Shown here: positions 22,871 through 33,266 of the stretch, one piece after another
How positions within the stretch are numbered: position 1 is the stretch's first letter
How the letters are laid out: every line of letters begins with the position of its first letter
From: Candidatus Poribacteria bacterium
Lineage (GTDB): Bacteria; Poribacteria; WGA-4E; PCPOR2b
NCBI GenBank assembly: GCA_965218095.1
Contig: OZ244587.1
Location: forward strand, 5,824,001-5,888,000
DNA length: 64,000 nt
Direction: 5' to 3'
The notes under the pieces: model-generated
The model's input: only the letters and a program-made list of their open reading frames with translations
What the model was told of the DNA's origin: nothing
Databases searched by the model: none
Program-made: the position numbers and the translations under genes

Positions 22871-22972
22871 GTTTTACTCAATATAACTTCATCATTTCCG
22901 CAAGTGGAGTCTTGATAGCAGCCTAAAACAGGTCTGGCAAAATAGTATATCAACCAGTTCCATAACAACCTC

Positions 22973-23428
22973 CTAAATGTTGTTTGCAAGCCACTGGTAG
23001 AACAAGTCAACGCATTCCAAAAAAGAGACCGCCTCCTGTCGAATGCCATCGTCGCCCAAGTAGCGCCAAGCATAACTCCATGTGTTACAGCGAACATAGC
23101 GCTGATACATGGCTTGGTTCTGTCGCAACCTTGCCTCATAATCCGGTGCAAATCCAAGTAGATATTCCAGATGATGTGCCTGAACTGACATCAATGCAGG
23201 ACGGTCACCGGTACGTCGTTTCAGTTCTTCCTTGAGTTCCTGTAAATGGAAACAGTTGTACCGTTCCATCAGTTGCGCTTTGAGTTTACACTCTAAAGCA
23301 TAGCCGGCCATGTACATGGCTCCACGCCAACGCTGTTTTTCCAACAGGGCATACGCATCGCGATGCCGCTTGCCAACAGCTCTGCTCAACTGTGTGCGGC
23401 CGGTAGTTGTGGAAATTCTCATGTCCAT
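22973..23428 (-). CDS. HEPN domain protein
   Basis: AMYMAGYALECKLKA helix, HHLEYL and WSYAWRY motifs typical of HEPN. Confidence 0.75.
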   Translation of the reverse strand: MDMRISTTTGRTQLSRAVGKRHRDAYALLEKQRWRGAMYMAGYALECKLKAQLMERYNCFHLQELKEELKRRTGDRPALMSVQAHHLEYLLGFAPDYEARLRQNQAMYQRYVRCNTWSYAWRYLGDDGIRQEAVSFLECVDLFYQWLANNI

Positions 23429-23473
23429 TACCTTCCTGAACCTTCTATGGGAGTCAAGCTTGGAAAGATTATT

Positions 23474-25246
23474 TCACGCGACCGTATCGACCTTTATCGA
23501 TAGTTGTTCGAGTTGCTCGTCAGTGACGTCTGAAGGGGCGCCGGTGAGCAGGCATAACCCGCTCTGCGTCTTTGGAAACACGGTGACTTCACGGATATTT
23601 TCTTCGCCTGTCATCATCATCACCAGCCGATCCAACCCTGAAGCAATTCCGGCGTGCGGCGGCGTGCCGTATTGGAGTGCCTCGACGAAATACCCAAACA
23701 GCCTTGTAACGTCTGCAGGTTTAATCTTTATGATTTCAAAAACCTTCTGCTGGATATCCCACCTATGAATTCTGACGCTGCCACCAGCACACTCTTCCCC
23801 GTTGATAATCAGGTCGTACTGTAAACCTCTCGCACTGCCCGGGTCGGTATCCAGCAGTGAAATGTCCTCCTCTGGCAACATGGTGAAGAGATGTTGGGAC
23901 GGATCGTACCGGTTCTCCTCTTCGTTCCAGTGGAATAGCGGAAAATCGATAATCCACAAAAAATCGAAGCGGTTGTGATCGATTAGATTGAGTTTTTCGC
24001 CCAAATGGAGGCGGAGATTTGCAAGTGAATCCGCGACGACCTTCGGCTTATCTGCAACGAAGAACATAATATCACCCGGTTTCGCGTCCATCCGCTCGCT
24101 GACGGCCTTGAGGGTTTCTTCGCGGAAGAATTTGACGATCCCTGACTCGAAGCCCTTCTCCGTCACTTTGATCCACGCCAGGCCTTTTGCTTTATAGATA
24201 GCGACGAATACAGTGAAATCTTCAATCTCTTTGCGAGAAAAGGCAGCACCACCGGGGGCGACAAGCCCTTTTACCTGCCCTCCCGTGGCCAAGGCACCCG
24301 TAAACACTTTGAAATCGCAGTCAGCAACGAGATTGGAAAGATCAGAGAGTTCCATCCCGAAGCGGGTATCCGGTTTGTCAGTCCCGTATCGCCCTATCGC
24401 TTCATCGTAAGGCATTTGTCGAAGGGGTATTTCAACAGGAATGCTAGCTGCTTCCGCGAAGATTTTTCTGATTAGCCCTTCTGTTATTTCCATAACATCT
24501 TCTCGGGTCGCGAACGACATTTCGATATCGAGTTGCGTCAATTCAAGCAACCGATTTGCGCGAGTATCCTCGTCCCGGAAGCAGCGTGCAATCTGAAAGT
24601 AACGGTCGACACCACTCATCATTAAAAGCTGCTTAAATTGTTGGGGGGATTGCGGCAACGCATAGAACTTGCCCAGATTAAGCCGACTCGGGACGAGAAA
24701 ATCGCGCGCGCCCTCCGGCGTGCTGTTCATCAAGATTGGGGTTTCGATCTCAAGGAAGCCCTGTTCATCCATGTATTTTCGAGCAGCGAGCATGGCTTTG
24801 TGCCGAATCTGTAACATCTTCTGCATTGTCGGACGGCGGAGGTCAACGTAACGATGCTTCAGGCGAACATCTTCGGCTGTATCAATGTCGTCTTCGACAG
24901 GAAATGGTGGCGTTTTCGCAACATTTAGGATTTCCAGCCCATCCGTCGCTAGTTCGATCTCGCCTGTTAGGAGGTTAGGATTGACCATCCCTTCCTCCCG
25001 CTCGCGTACTTTCCCGCTGACACTTAACACAAATTCGTTGCGAATATCGTGTGCAGCCCTATGGGCTTCGGGGTTGATCGTGGGATCGAAAACCACCTGC
25101 GTGAGTCCGGTTCGATCGCGCAGGTCTACAAAAATGACGCCGCCATGGTCCCGGCGACGGGATACCCAACCGGTGAGTCGCGCCGATTTACCGGCATCGG
25201 CGAGCCGTAGTTCCCCACAATAATGCGTCCTTTTCATTTCAGGCAT
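23474..25246 (-). CDS. aspS: Aspartate-tRNA ligase (HGG motif, probably non-discriminating)
   Basis: RTHYCGEL, RRRDHGGVIFVDLRD, STPEGARDFLVP, LPQSPQ, RCFRDED, GLDRL. Confidence 0.97.
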   Translation of the reverse strand: MPEMKRTHYCGELRLADAGKSARLTGWVSRRRDHGGVIFVDLRDRTGLTQVVFDPTINPEAHRAAHDIRNEFVLSVSGKVREREEGMVNPNLLTGEIELATDGLEILNVAKTPPFPVEDDIDTAEDVRLKHRYVDLRRPTMQKMLQIRHKAMLAARKYMDEQGFLEIETPILMNSTPEGARDFLVPSRLNLGKFYALPQSPQQFKQLLMMSGVDRYFQIARCFRDEDTRANRLLELTQLDIEMSFATREDVMEITEGLIRKIFAEAASIPVEIPLRQMPYDEAIGRYGTDKPDTRFGMELSDLSNLVADCDFKVFTGALATGGQVKGLVAPGGAAFSRKEIEDFTVFVAIYKAKGLAWIKVTEKGFESGIVKFFREETLKAVSERMDAKPGDIMFFVADKPKVVADSLANLRLHLGEKLNLIDHNRFDFLWIIDFPLFHWNEEENRYDPSQHLFTMLPEEDISLLDTDPGSARGLQYDLIINGEECAGGSVRIHRWDIQQKVFEIIKIKPADVTRLFGYFVEALQYGTPPHAGIASGLDRLVMMMTGEENIREVTVFPKTQSGLCLLTGAPSDVTDEQLEQLSIKVDTVA

Positions 25247-25307
25247 TATATTGATAATCTCCTTCTATTCGTGAAACGTGATATGGATTTTGCAATCTGT
25301 TATGCTT

Positions 25308-25667
25308 CTATACTTCTGCCCCTGATGGGCGAACCCTAAGCCTACCGGACTCCGCGGTGACAATAGCACCGGATTGTAGTTCGTTTCCATGCAGGGTAGG
25401 CACATGTGAGCAAATTGACGCTTGCTGTTTGGCTGAAAAATCTACAAGCTGTAGAATCCCACAATGGGGTGTTCCACGAACGATAGCCAATTCGCCGAAA
25501 TCCTTATCCAGTGTTACCAAGATGTGCCCCTCATTATAAGCGCGTACCAGAATCGCCTCATCCCCTCGATCTTCAGGCCAATCTCCTGCCCATACGACGT
25601 CATGACCAGAAGCCTCAAGGTCTTCGCGGGCTCCACCCCATACGCACGCATCCAAAAGCAGCTTCAT
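25308..25667 (-). CDS. DUF5615 PIN-like toxin
   Basis: MKLLLDAC, D.AIL, ILVTLDKDFGEL. Confidence 0.88.
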   Translation of the reverse strand: MKLLLDACVWGGAREDLEASGHDVVWAGDWPEDRGDEAILVRAYNEGHILVTLDKDFGELAIVRGTPHCGILQLVDFSAKQQASICSHVPTLHGNELQSGAIVTAESGRLRVRPSGAEV

Positions 25668-25915
25668 ACGCCGGACTCCATGAGCAACAGCTCAACCCGC
25701 TCATGACCAACTAACTTGTGAGTATAGGCCAGACAGGCTTGTACATCCTCTGGTTCCAGCCAGGGATAGCCTTCAAGGAGAGTTACCAGTGTGTCGCCAG
25801 CTGCCAACATTCCAAGAACATGTTCGATGGCAAGACGACGTCCGCGGATAATTGGTTTGCCCCCGAAAATCTTCGGATTTACCGTAATCCGTTCCAACAG
25901 CTTTTTCTCGTCCAT
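25664..25915 (-). CDS. DUF433 antitoxin-like protein
   Basis: RITVNPKIFGGKPIIRGRR...YPWLEPEDVQACLAY; 4-bp overlap with the DUF5615 gene. Confidence 0.9.
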   Translation of the reverse strand: MDEKKLLERITVNPKIFGGKPIIRGRRLAIEHVLGMLAAGDTLVTLLEGYPWLEPEDVQACLAYTHKLVGHERVELLLMESGV

Positions 25916-25946
25916 CTTGACCTCCGAATGAAATGCGGAACTTGAT

Positions 25947-27212
25947 CTACCGACTCACCGATTCATGCAGCATTTCCGCCAACTGCGCAAACGCAACCGA
26001 TTGCTGATCGCCGCTCTCCATATCCCGAACAGTCGCCGATTCGTTGTTGATTTCATCTTCGCCGATTATCAGGACATATCGCGCAACCAGTTTGTCTGCT
26101 GTCTTCATCTGTGCTCGCAAGCTGCGTCCCTTGTACTCAAGATCGGTTTTAATTCCACTGTCGCGAAGCTGTTGCGTCAGTTGCATGGCGACGGGCATCG
26201 CCGCATCTCCTAACACAGCGATGTAAACATCTACCGGCGGGCATGTCGGCGCCGTAACGTTCTGGGCTTCTAATGCAATGACAATCCGATCCACGCCGAG
26301 CGCGAATCCGACTCCGGGCGTTGGATTGCCGCCAAGTTCTTCGACGAGATAATCATAGCGCCCGCCACCGCCGATCGCGTCTTGCGCGCCGAGTCCGCTC
26401 GCTGTAAATTCAAACGCGGTGCGAGAGTAGTAATCCAACCCCCTGACAATGTATGGATTTTCACGATAGTCGATTCCCAGTAGATCGAGATATTTCCTCA
26501 CCGCATCGAAGTTTTCGCGGCATGCGTCACATAAGTAGTCAGACAGGCGAGGTGCATCAGCGACAACAGCGCGACAGCCGCTTTCTTTACAATCCAGAAC
26601 CCGCATCGGATTGCGCTCATGACGGGCGAGGCATTTTCCGCACAACCGATCCAGATGCATCTTCGCATATGCTTTGAGATCTTCAATGTATTTAGGGCGG
26701 CAGACCGGATCGCCGATGCTATTCAGGTACAGCGTGAGATCTTTGATGCCGAGCGTTGAGAAGAATTGATACCCTAGTGCAATAACTTCCGCATCGATCG
26801 CGGGCTCATCCGCCCCAAACGCTTCGACGCCAACCTGCCAGAATTCTCGATACCGCCCGGCTTGCGGACGGTCATAGCGGAACATCTGACCGATGTAGTA
26901 GAACTTCAAAACGCTGGCGCCATCCAGTAAACGATTCTGGAGAATGGCGCGAATCACTGACGCCGTGCCTTCTGGACGCAGCGAAATACTCCGGGTGCCC
27001 TTGTCATTGAAGGTGTACATCTCTTTTTCAACGATGTCGGTGGCGTCGCCAATCCCACGCACGAAAAGGTCTGTGCTTTCAAAGATTGGCGTGCGAATCT
27101 CCTGATACCCGTAAGTTTCAAAAACAGATCGCGCGACCTTTTCAACCCACTGCCACGTTTGAATTTCTGGAGGGAGGATGTCTCTCGTCCCTTTTGGTGA
27201 TTGAATCTTCAT
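25947..27212 (-). CDS. hisS: Histidine-tRNA ligase
   Basis: KGTRD, LRPEGTA, FRYDRPQAGRYREF, VRGLDYY, GGGRYD. Confidence 0.97.
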   Translation of the reverse strand: MKIQSPKGTRDILPPEIQTWQWVEKVARSVFETYGYQEIRTPIFESTDLFVRGIGDATDIVEKEMYTFNDKGTRSISLRPEGTASVIRAILQNRLLDGASVLKFYYIGQMFRYDRPQAGRYREFWQVGVEAFGADEPAIDAEVIALGYQFFSTLGIKDLTLYLNSIGDPVCRPKYIEDLKAYAKMHLDRLCGKCLARHERNPMRVLDCKESGCRAVVADAPRLSDYLCDACRENFDAVRKYLDLLGIDYRENPYIVRGLDYYSRTAFEFTASGLGAQDAIGGGGRYDYLVEELGGNPTPGVGFALGVDRIVIALEAQNVTAPTCPPVDVYIAVLGDAAMPVAMQLTQQLRDSGIKTDLEYKGRSLRAQMKTADKLVARYVLIIGEDEINNESATVRDMESGDQQSVAFAQLAEMLHESVSR

Positions 27213-27400
27213 TTTCTATCGATCACTCCTCAGTTAATTATGAAATGTGAAACATTATACGTGATGCGTAAAGCGTGAACTATTTAACTCCTGTATCCCA
27301 GCTTTTCTTCGATTCATAGGAAGATTCATCAGCCCAATTAGGCTGAAGCGCCTGTCAGACCGGAATTCGCAAACCTCTGCAAGCCAATACATAGGTTTGC

Positions 27401-28514
27401 TCAAGTCTGACGGGAACGGCAATCGCCGGGTGTGACGGTTTCGCCATCGCTGGACAACCCATTCCGCTCGGCAAAGGTCTTGACACCCTTCGTCGTGCCG
27501 CCACCGCAGTCCCCGTCTGCGCCGTATTTTTCCCAATTCAGTTCAGCGTCAAATCCGAATTCATGCAGCATGTTCTGCAAGGCACGCACGGCATCTTTCG
27601 CGCTAGAACCTCGCTTCAGAACCGATTCAACAGTTCCCTTATCAACTAGGTTCTGTTGACATTTCAAGGGAGCCATATAAGAGTGGCGACAAAGCTGAGA
27701 AATCCAAAATAACGGACAGCTAGCTTCTCAAACCGAGAGAAGATACGACGATACCATTTTATCTTGTTGATGAAACATTCAACCCGATGTCTCTCTTTGT
27801 ATAAGTGTTTGTCATACATTCTTTGGTCAACACGATGACTTTTTGGCGGTATCACCGCAATCGCTCCATTCGCCTCAATAACCGCGATAAAAGCGTCCGA
27901 ATCGTACCCCTTGTCTCCAATCACATATTCACTGTTATATCCGATTATCAACCCTTCCGCCTCAGTTATGTCATGTCTCTGACCGGGTGTCAGATGAATT
28001 CTTAGCGGATTGCCTAGTCCGTTAACTGTGATGTGATTTTTTGTACTGAAACCGCCCCGAGACCGACCTAATGCTTGGTTTTCAGTGCCACCGTTTTTTT
28101 TAAGGCGCCAGCTTTTTAAGGCGCCCGCCGCACACGGGTGAGCGCGGCAGATGGTACTGTCCACAATAAGCGACTCGATATCGGGGTCAGAGGCGAAGTG
28201 GTGGTGCATCTGTGTGAAGATACCTTTGTCGCACCATCGAGCAAACCGCTTGTAGCGGGTGTTCGATTTGCCATATGTGTCTGGTAGAAGTCTCCATTGA
28301 GCGCCACTACGAGTCACCCACAGAACAGCTTCGACGAAGCGGCGTGTAGCAGCTTCGTCGCCAACATAGATGGTGGGACAGCTTAGAAGAAACCGGTATA
28401 TCTTATTCCATTGTTCATTAGGTAAGGTTATTGGCGTCATTCTTCTATTATGCCACAACCTTATACTCAAATGTCAACAGAACCTAGTTCTTAGATCGTG
28501 CTTTGATGTGACAT
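27401..28514 (-). pseudogene. Peptidoglycan-binding domain protein, split by IS5 and carrying a stop
   Basis: Removing the IS gives MSHQSTI*ELVDKGTVESVLKRGSSAKDAVRALQNMLHEFGF...ADGDCGGGTTKGVKTF. Confidence 0.7.
27650..28483 (-). mobile_element. IS5 family (IS427-like) insertion sequence; transposase 28470-27664
   Basis: Perfect TIR GTTCTGTTGACATTT with CTAG on both sides; GAQWRLLP, IVDSTICRAH, GRSRGGFSTK, GDKGYDSD, YKERHRVECFINKIK. Confidence 0.95.
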
Positions 28515-28741
28515 CTGTAAATCCTCTTTAAGTTGGGTTGAAGCTCGCCTGTAAACATAGTGGAACACCGCATTATTTTGGCATAAACCTCTGATAAAGT
28601 CAAGGCTGAATTCCGTTATTGAAAATTTGTAGGAATTATGCGATAATAGTACCAATTGAAATAAAGCGAAATCGCAACATCTCGTTGCTTTTCAGAGAAT
28701 TGACTCGATTTCAAATCTTTCTACGATGGGAGGCAAGCACC

Positions 28742-30199
28742 ATGAGCACGGGAAATATCCTCCAAAACTACATCAACAACGAATGGCGTCCGTCCAACGC
28801 CAATGAATATCTAGATGTTACTAACCCCGCCACGACTGAAATTATCGGCAAAGTTCCCCTATCGCCAGGCGTCGAAGTGGATCAAGCAACGCAGGCAGCG
28901 GCTGAAGCACTTGTCGAGTGGCGTCGCACGCCACCGCCAGACCGTATTCAATACCTGTTCAAGCTGAAAAACCTGCTTGAAGATAATTTCGATGACATTG
29001 CCCGCACGATTACGATAGAGTGTGGCAAGACGGTCGATGAGTCGCAGGGCGAGATGCGTCGTGCCATCGAAAATGTTGAGGTCGCCTGCGGCATTCCCAC
29101 CCTGATGCAGGGCTACAATCTTGAAGACATCGCCGCTGGCATTGACGAGCTCATGATCCGACAGCCGGTGGGCGTTTGTGCGGCGATCGCCCCCTTTAAC
29201 TTCCCCGGCATGATTACGTTTTGGTTCATGCCGTATGCCATCGCCTGTGGCAACACTTACATTGTCAAGCCCTCCGAAAAAGTGCCGCTCACTATGCAGA
29301 AGATCTTTCAGTTAATCGAACAGGTGGGGCTGCCCAAAGGCGTGGTCAATCTAGTAAACGGTTCAAAAGAAACGGTGGACGCCATTTTAGATCAGCCGAC
29401 GATTAAAGCCGTTAGCTTCGTCGGTTCGACGCCCATTGCTAGGTACGTCTACAGCCGGGCGACGGCCAACGGAAAGCGGGCGCAGTGTCAGGGCGGGGCA
29501 AAGAACCCAATTATCGTCTTGCCTGATGCCGATCCGGAGATGACGCGCCACGCGACGACCGAGAGCGCCTTCGGTTGCGCAGGGCAGCGGTGTTTGGCGG
29601 CTTCACTTGCGATCGCCGTTGGTGAAGCGCGAGATTGGTTCAATGACGCCATGGCTGAAGCTGCTGAAACGCGCGTTGTCGGCTATGGCCTGGAGGAGGG
29701 AGTTCAGATGGGGCCCGTGATTACGCCCGAAAGTAAAGCCCGAATTGAGGGGCTCATCCAGAAGGAAGCTGATGAAGGCACAAAGGTTCTGGTAGACGGA
29801 CGCAGTCCCAAAATCTCTGGCTACGAAAACGGAAATTTCGTCCGCCCGACCATCCTGCAAGGTGTGAATCTGTCCGGGGAAATCGCCCAAACCGAGATTT
29901 TTGGACCCGTTCTCAGCACCATCCATGTGGACACGATTGATGATGCAATTTCCTTAGTGAATGGCGGAAGATACGGAAATATGGCATGTTTGTTCACCAG
30001 CAGTGGGGCGGCCGCTCAGAAGTTCCGCTACGAGGCAGAGATCGGCAACATTGGGATCAACCTTGGGGTTGCAGCGCCGATGGCGTTCTTCCCATTCAGC
30101 GGCTGGAAGGATAGTTTCTTCGGGGATATGCACGGACAAGGCAAAGACGCTGTTGAGTTTTTCACGCAGAAGAAGGTTGTCGTTGAACGTTGGCTTTGA
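28742..30199 (+). CDS. mmsA: CoA-acylating (methyl)malonate-semialdehyde dehydrogenase (MmsA/IolA)
   Basis: [49 protein letters not shown]; SD GGAGG. Confidence 0.93.
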   Translation: MSTGNILQNYINNEWRPSNANEYLDVTNPATTEIIGKVPLSPGVEVDQATQAAAEALVEWRRTPPPDRIQYLFKLKNLLEDNFDDIARTITIECGKTVDESQGEMRRAIENVEVACGIPTLMQGYNLEDIAAGIDELMIRQPVGVCAAIAPFNFPGMITFWFMPYAIACGNTYIVKPSEKVPLTMQKIFQLIEQVGLPKGVVNLVNGSKETVDAILDQPTIKAVSFVGSTPIARYVYSRATANGKRAQCQGGAKNPIIVLPDADPEMTRHATTESAFGCAGQRCLAASLAIAVGEARDWFNDAMAEAAETRVVGYGLEEGVQMGPVITPESKARIEGLIQKEADEGTKVLVDGRSPKISGYENGNFVRPTILQGVNLSGEIAQTEIFGPVLSTIHVDTIDDAISLVNGGRYGNMACLFTSSGAAAQKFRYEAEIGNIGINLGVAAPMAFFPFSGWKDSFFGDMHGQGKDAVEFFTQKKVVVERWL

Positions 30200-30406
30200 G
30201 AGGGCATGTGAAAGAGCTAGATCAGAGGGTTTTCTATAGCTATCCAATTTTCAACTCCTAGTAGATTTTCGTGTAGGCATCTTCAAGTTTAACGGGGACA
30301 GCGACCTCTGGTGAAATGAACAACGGCAAAGTGGGCAGAATATCACCAACTTGTAGGAGATAATTCCATACCTCAATCACTAATTCCTCGACAAGGCAGA
30401 GTTAAA

Positions 30407-31459
30407 ATGTTCACAGAATACCTGAACCCAATACCCGACGAGAAAATCAAGGTCGGCGCCATCGGGACAGGGCGCATTGGTAAATTACATGTTGAGCATC
30501 TTGCTTCGCGCATACCCGGAGCGGAGTTGGTTGCCATCGCCAATCTTAACCTTGCGGTAGCGCAAGCAATCGCCGCTCAGTTTAATGTGCCGGTAGCTGT
30601 CTCTGATTACCGCGCCCTCCTCTCTGATTCAGAGATTGATGCGGTCGTCATTTGTACACCTACAGACACGCATGCACAGATCATTCAAGAGGCGGCTGCC
30701 GCTGGAAAGCACGTCTTTTGTGAAAAGCCAATTGACTTTGATCTTCGCCGGATCGATCAGACATTGGCTGCGGTAGAAAAGGCGGGTATCAAATTCCAAG
30801 TTGGGTTTAATCGGCGTTTTGATCCCAACTTTCGCCGAGTGCGTGAGATGGTGGCTGCCGGAGAAGTTGGAATACCACACATCCTTCGCATTATCAGCCG
30901 TGATCCTGCGCCCCCGCCAATCGCATATATCAAGGCGTCCAGTGGTCTATTTCTGGATATGACCATCCACGACTTTGACATGGCGCGCTACCTGATTGGC
31001 GATGAAGTGGTCGAGGTGTACGCTGCTGGCGGCGTCATGGTTGACCCACAAATTGGCGAAGTCGGGGACATTGATACCGCCGTGCTCACGCTGCGATTTG
31101 CCAACGGCGTCATCGGAACGATTGATAATAGCCGCAAAGCCGTTTACGGTTATGATCAACGTGTCGAAGTATTTGGAGCAGAGGGTATGGTGAATGTCGC
31201 CAATCAGACCCCGGACACCCACACCTTGAGCGATGCTCATGGCGTCCACTCCTCGCGCCTACTCTATTTTTTTCTGGAGCGGTATAAGCAGTCATATATC
31301 AATGAACTGATAGCCTTCATCGCCTGCGTGCAGAAAGACATGCCCCCCTTGGTCACAGGCAACGACGGTCGTATACCGGTGGTGATGGGATTAGCAGCGC
31401 AAACGTCTTATCAGGAGAACCGTCCGGTTCAATTCACCGAAATTGATGAAGCGTCATGA
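30407..31459 (+). CDS. iolG: Inositol 2-dehydrogenase
   Basis: GTGRIG, CEKP, GFNRRFD, SRDPAPP, DMTIHDFDMARY, GYDQRVEVFG. Confidence 0.92.
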   Translation: MFTEYLNPIPDEKIKVGAIGTGRIGKLHVEHLASRIPGAELVAIANLNLAVAQAIAAQFNVPVAVSDYRALLSDSEIDAVVICTPTDTHAQIIQEAAAAGKHVFCEKPIDFDLRRIDQTLAAVEKAGIKFQVGFNRRFDPNFRRVREMVAAGEVGIPHILRIISRDPAPPPIAYIKASSGLFLDMTIHDFDMARYLIGDEVVEVYAAGGVMVDPQIGEVGDIDTAVLTLRFANGVIGTIDNSRKAVYGYDQRVEVFGAEGMVNVANQTPDTHTLSDAHGVHSSRLLYFFLERYKQSYINELIAFIACVQKDMPPLVTGNDGRIPVVMGLAAQTSYQENRPVQFTEIDEAS

Positions 31460-31556
31460 CAGTCAGACGTAATACATGATGTGCAGCGAGTGACTTATTA
31501 CGCATGATGCATTGCGTCTGGATCCGTTGATTCGTCAATTGTCAACTGTCATTGAG

Positions 31557-32291
31557 TTAGTGCCCGCCAACTTCACCAACGCGGATCTCAATCTCATCAC
31601 GATTTCTGATTCGTTCAACCTTTCCATCACGAATATCAACGACTCGGTCGGAGACATCGAGCATTTTTAAATCATGCGTCGCCGAAATTATGGTCACGCC
31701 TTGCTCGGCGTTAAGCTGTTTAATCAGATCGATGATTTCGCGCCCGATTACCGTATCAAGGTTAGCCGTCGGTTCATCTGCCAGAACGATACTTGGGGCA
31801 TTTGCCAATGCTCTCGCAATCGCGACGCGCTGACGTTGCCCACCGGACAACTCATCTGGTCTGTGATAAATTCGATCTCCCAATCCAACCCTCTCAAGCA
31901 GTTTCGTGCCCTTCTCGTTACGGTCGTCCGCTGATAATCCTGCGAAAATCATCGGCAAGGTCACATTTTCGAGTGCCGTCATCACGTGCAACAGGTTGTA
32001 GCTCTGGAAGATGTAACCCACTCTGTGACAGCGGAACCAGGCAATTTGCGATTGACTAAGTTGGGACATATCTTGATCGTCAATGTAGACCTTGCCTCCG
32101 GTTGGAATATCCAGGGCGCCAATCATATTAAAGAGGGTTGATTTCCCCGACCCGGAGGGCCCCATCAATGAGATGTACTCTCCTCTATAGATCTCCAAAT
32201 CAATCCCGTCGAGTGCTTTGAGGATATTGGTACCCATGCGATATTCTTTGACGACTTTCTCAGTTTTAACAACAACGTCTTCCATTGACAT
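31557..32291 (-). CDS. ABC transporter ATP-binding protein (LolD/MacB-type)
   Basis: GPSGSGKST, LSGGQRQRVAIAR, LADEPTANLD. Confidence 0.93.
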   Translation of the reverse strand: MSMEDVVVKTEKVVKEYRMGTNILKALDGIDLEIYRGEYISLMGPSGSGKSTLFNMIGALDIPTGGKVYIDDQDMSQLSQSQIAWFRCHRVGYIFQSYNLLHVMTALENVTLPMIFAGLSADDRNEKGTKLLERVGLGDRIYHRPDELSGGQRQRVAIARALANAPSIVLADEPTANLDTVIGREIIDLIKQLNAEQGVTIISATHDLKMLDVSDRVVDIRDGKVERIRNRDEIEIRVGEVGGH

Positions 32292-32297
32292 CTCCTC

Positions 32298-32948
32298 CTA
32301 AACCTCAGTCCGCATTGCTTCAGCCGGGGGAAGTTTTGCGGCGCGCCACGCTGGAAATGCTGCGCCAATAACCGCCAAAATTATGCCAAGCACGCAACCA
32401 AAGAGAATAATCCCTAGCACCGGCAACAATGGAAAATAAAAGAATAGATCCAAACCGTAATCTTTGAGTCCCAGGAAAATAGATCCAAGGCAACCGATTA
32501 ACGCCCCAATGAGAGCGCCAGCTAATCCCTGGAACCCCGATTCCAGCAGGAATAGCCTCACAACAAAACGATCCAAAGCCCCGAGACACTTCATGGTACC
32601 AATTTCCTGAAAGCGTTCTGTGACTGCCATCAACATGGAATTAGCGATTCCCACGACACAGACAACTAGGGACATGATAATCAGCCATATATCTTTCGTT
32701 GTAATCCCTGATGGTTCTTCTTCTTCAAGGCTGGTAATCGGCCGTTGTCTGCTGCTCTCTCGCAGCGCTTCACTGATCTCGCTGTTTACCAAAATTGTGA
32801 CGAGAAATGCAATTCCCAATGTGATTCCTGCAGTCGTAATGATAGACCGTCCAAAACGGATCATCAAACTCTGAAAGCTAATCCGCACGGACTCCAGAAA
32901 GGGAAGTTCAATCTGCTGCCCAATTGTACCTTGTGTTTGTTGTTCCAA
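32298..32948 (-). CDS. FtsX-like ABC permease (short)
   Basis: GIANSMLMAVTERFQEIGTMKCLGA, PAWRAAKLPPAEAMR; TTG start after GGAGG. Confidence 0.88.
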   Translation of the reverse strand: MEQQTQGTIGQQIELPFLESVRISFQSLMIRFGRSIITTAGITLGIAFLVTILVNSEISEALRESSRQRPITSLEEEEPSGITTKDIWLIIMSLVVCVVGIANSMLMAVTERFQEIGTMKCLGALDRFVVRLFLLESGFQGLAGALIGALIGCLGSIFLGLKDYGLDLFFYFPLLPVLGIILFGCVLGIILAVIGAAFPAWRAAKLPPAEAMRTEV

Positions 32949-33157
32949 ATTTAGCCCTCCTGATTTGTGAAAATGTGTCGTCATTTTATCATGTTGCGGA
33001 AATAAAGTCAAGCCTTGCATTTGCCAAAATGCACCGATAATGGGGGATGGTACTTTGACTGACACTTTTTTCAAAGTCCTCGCCCCGCACTTCTCCTGTT
33101 CATTGATTCAAGGATTCATTATGTCCTTGAATCCTCCATGTTTCACGTTTTTTTGAG

Positions 33158-33187
33158 TTGACAGTGGCGGCATTTTTAGTGTATGAT
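33158..33187 (+). promoter_or_regulatory. Sigma70-type promoter
   Basis: TTGACA-18 bp-TATGAT. Confidence 0.55.
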
Positions 33188-33266
33188 GCTTTTTGTTATA
33201 GAGAGTTCACAGTTTGGTTGAGTGAACAGTCGATAATTGACCGTTGGAAAAGGAGATTCTTCCGCC

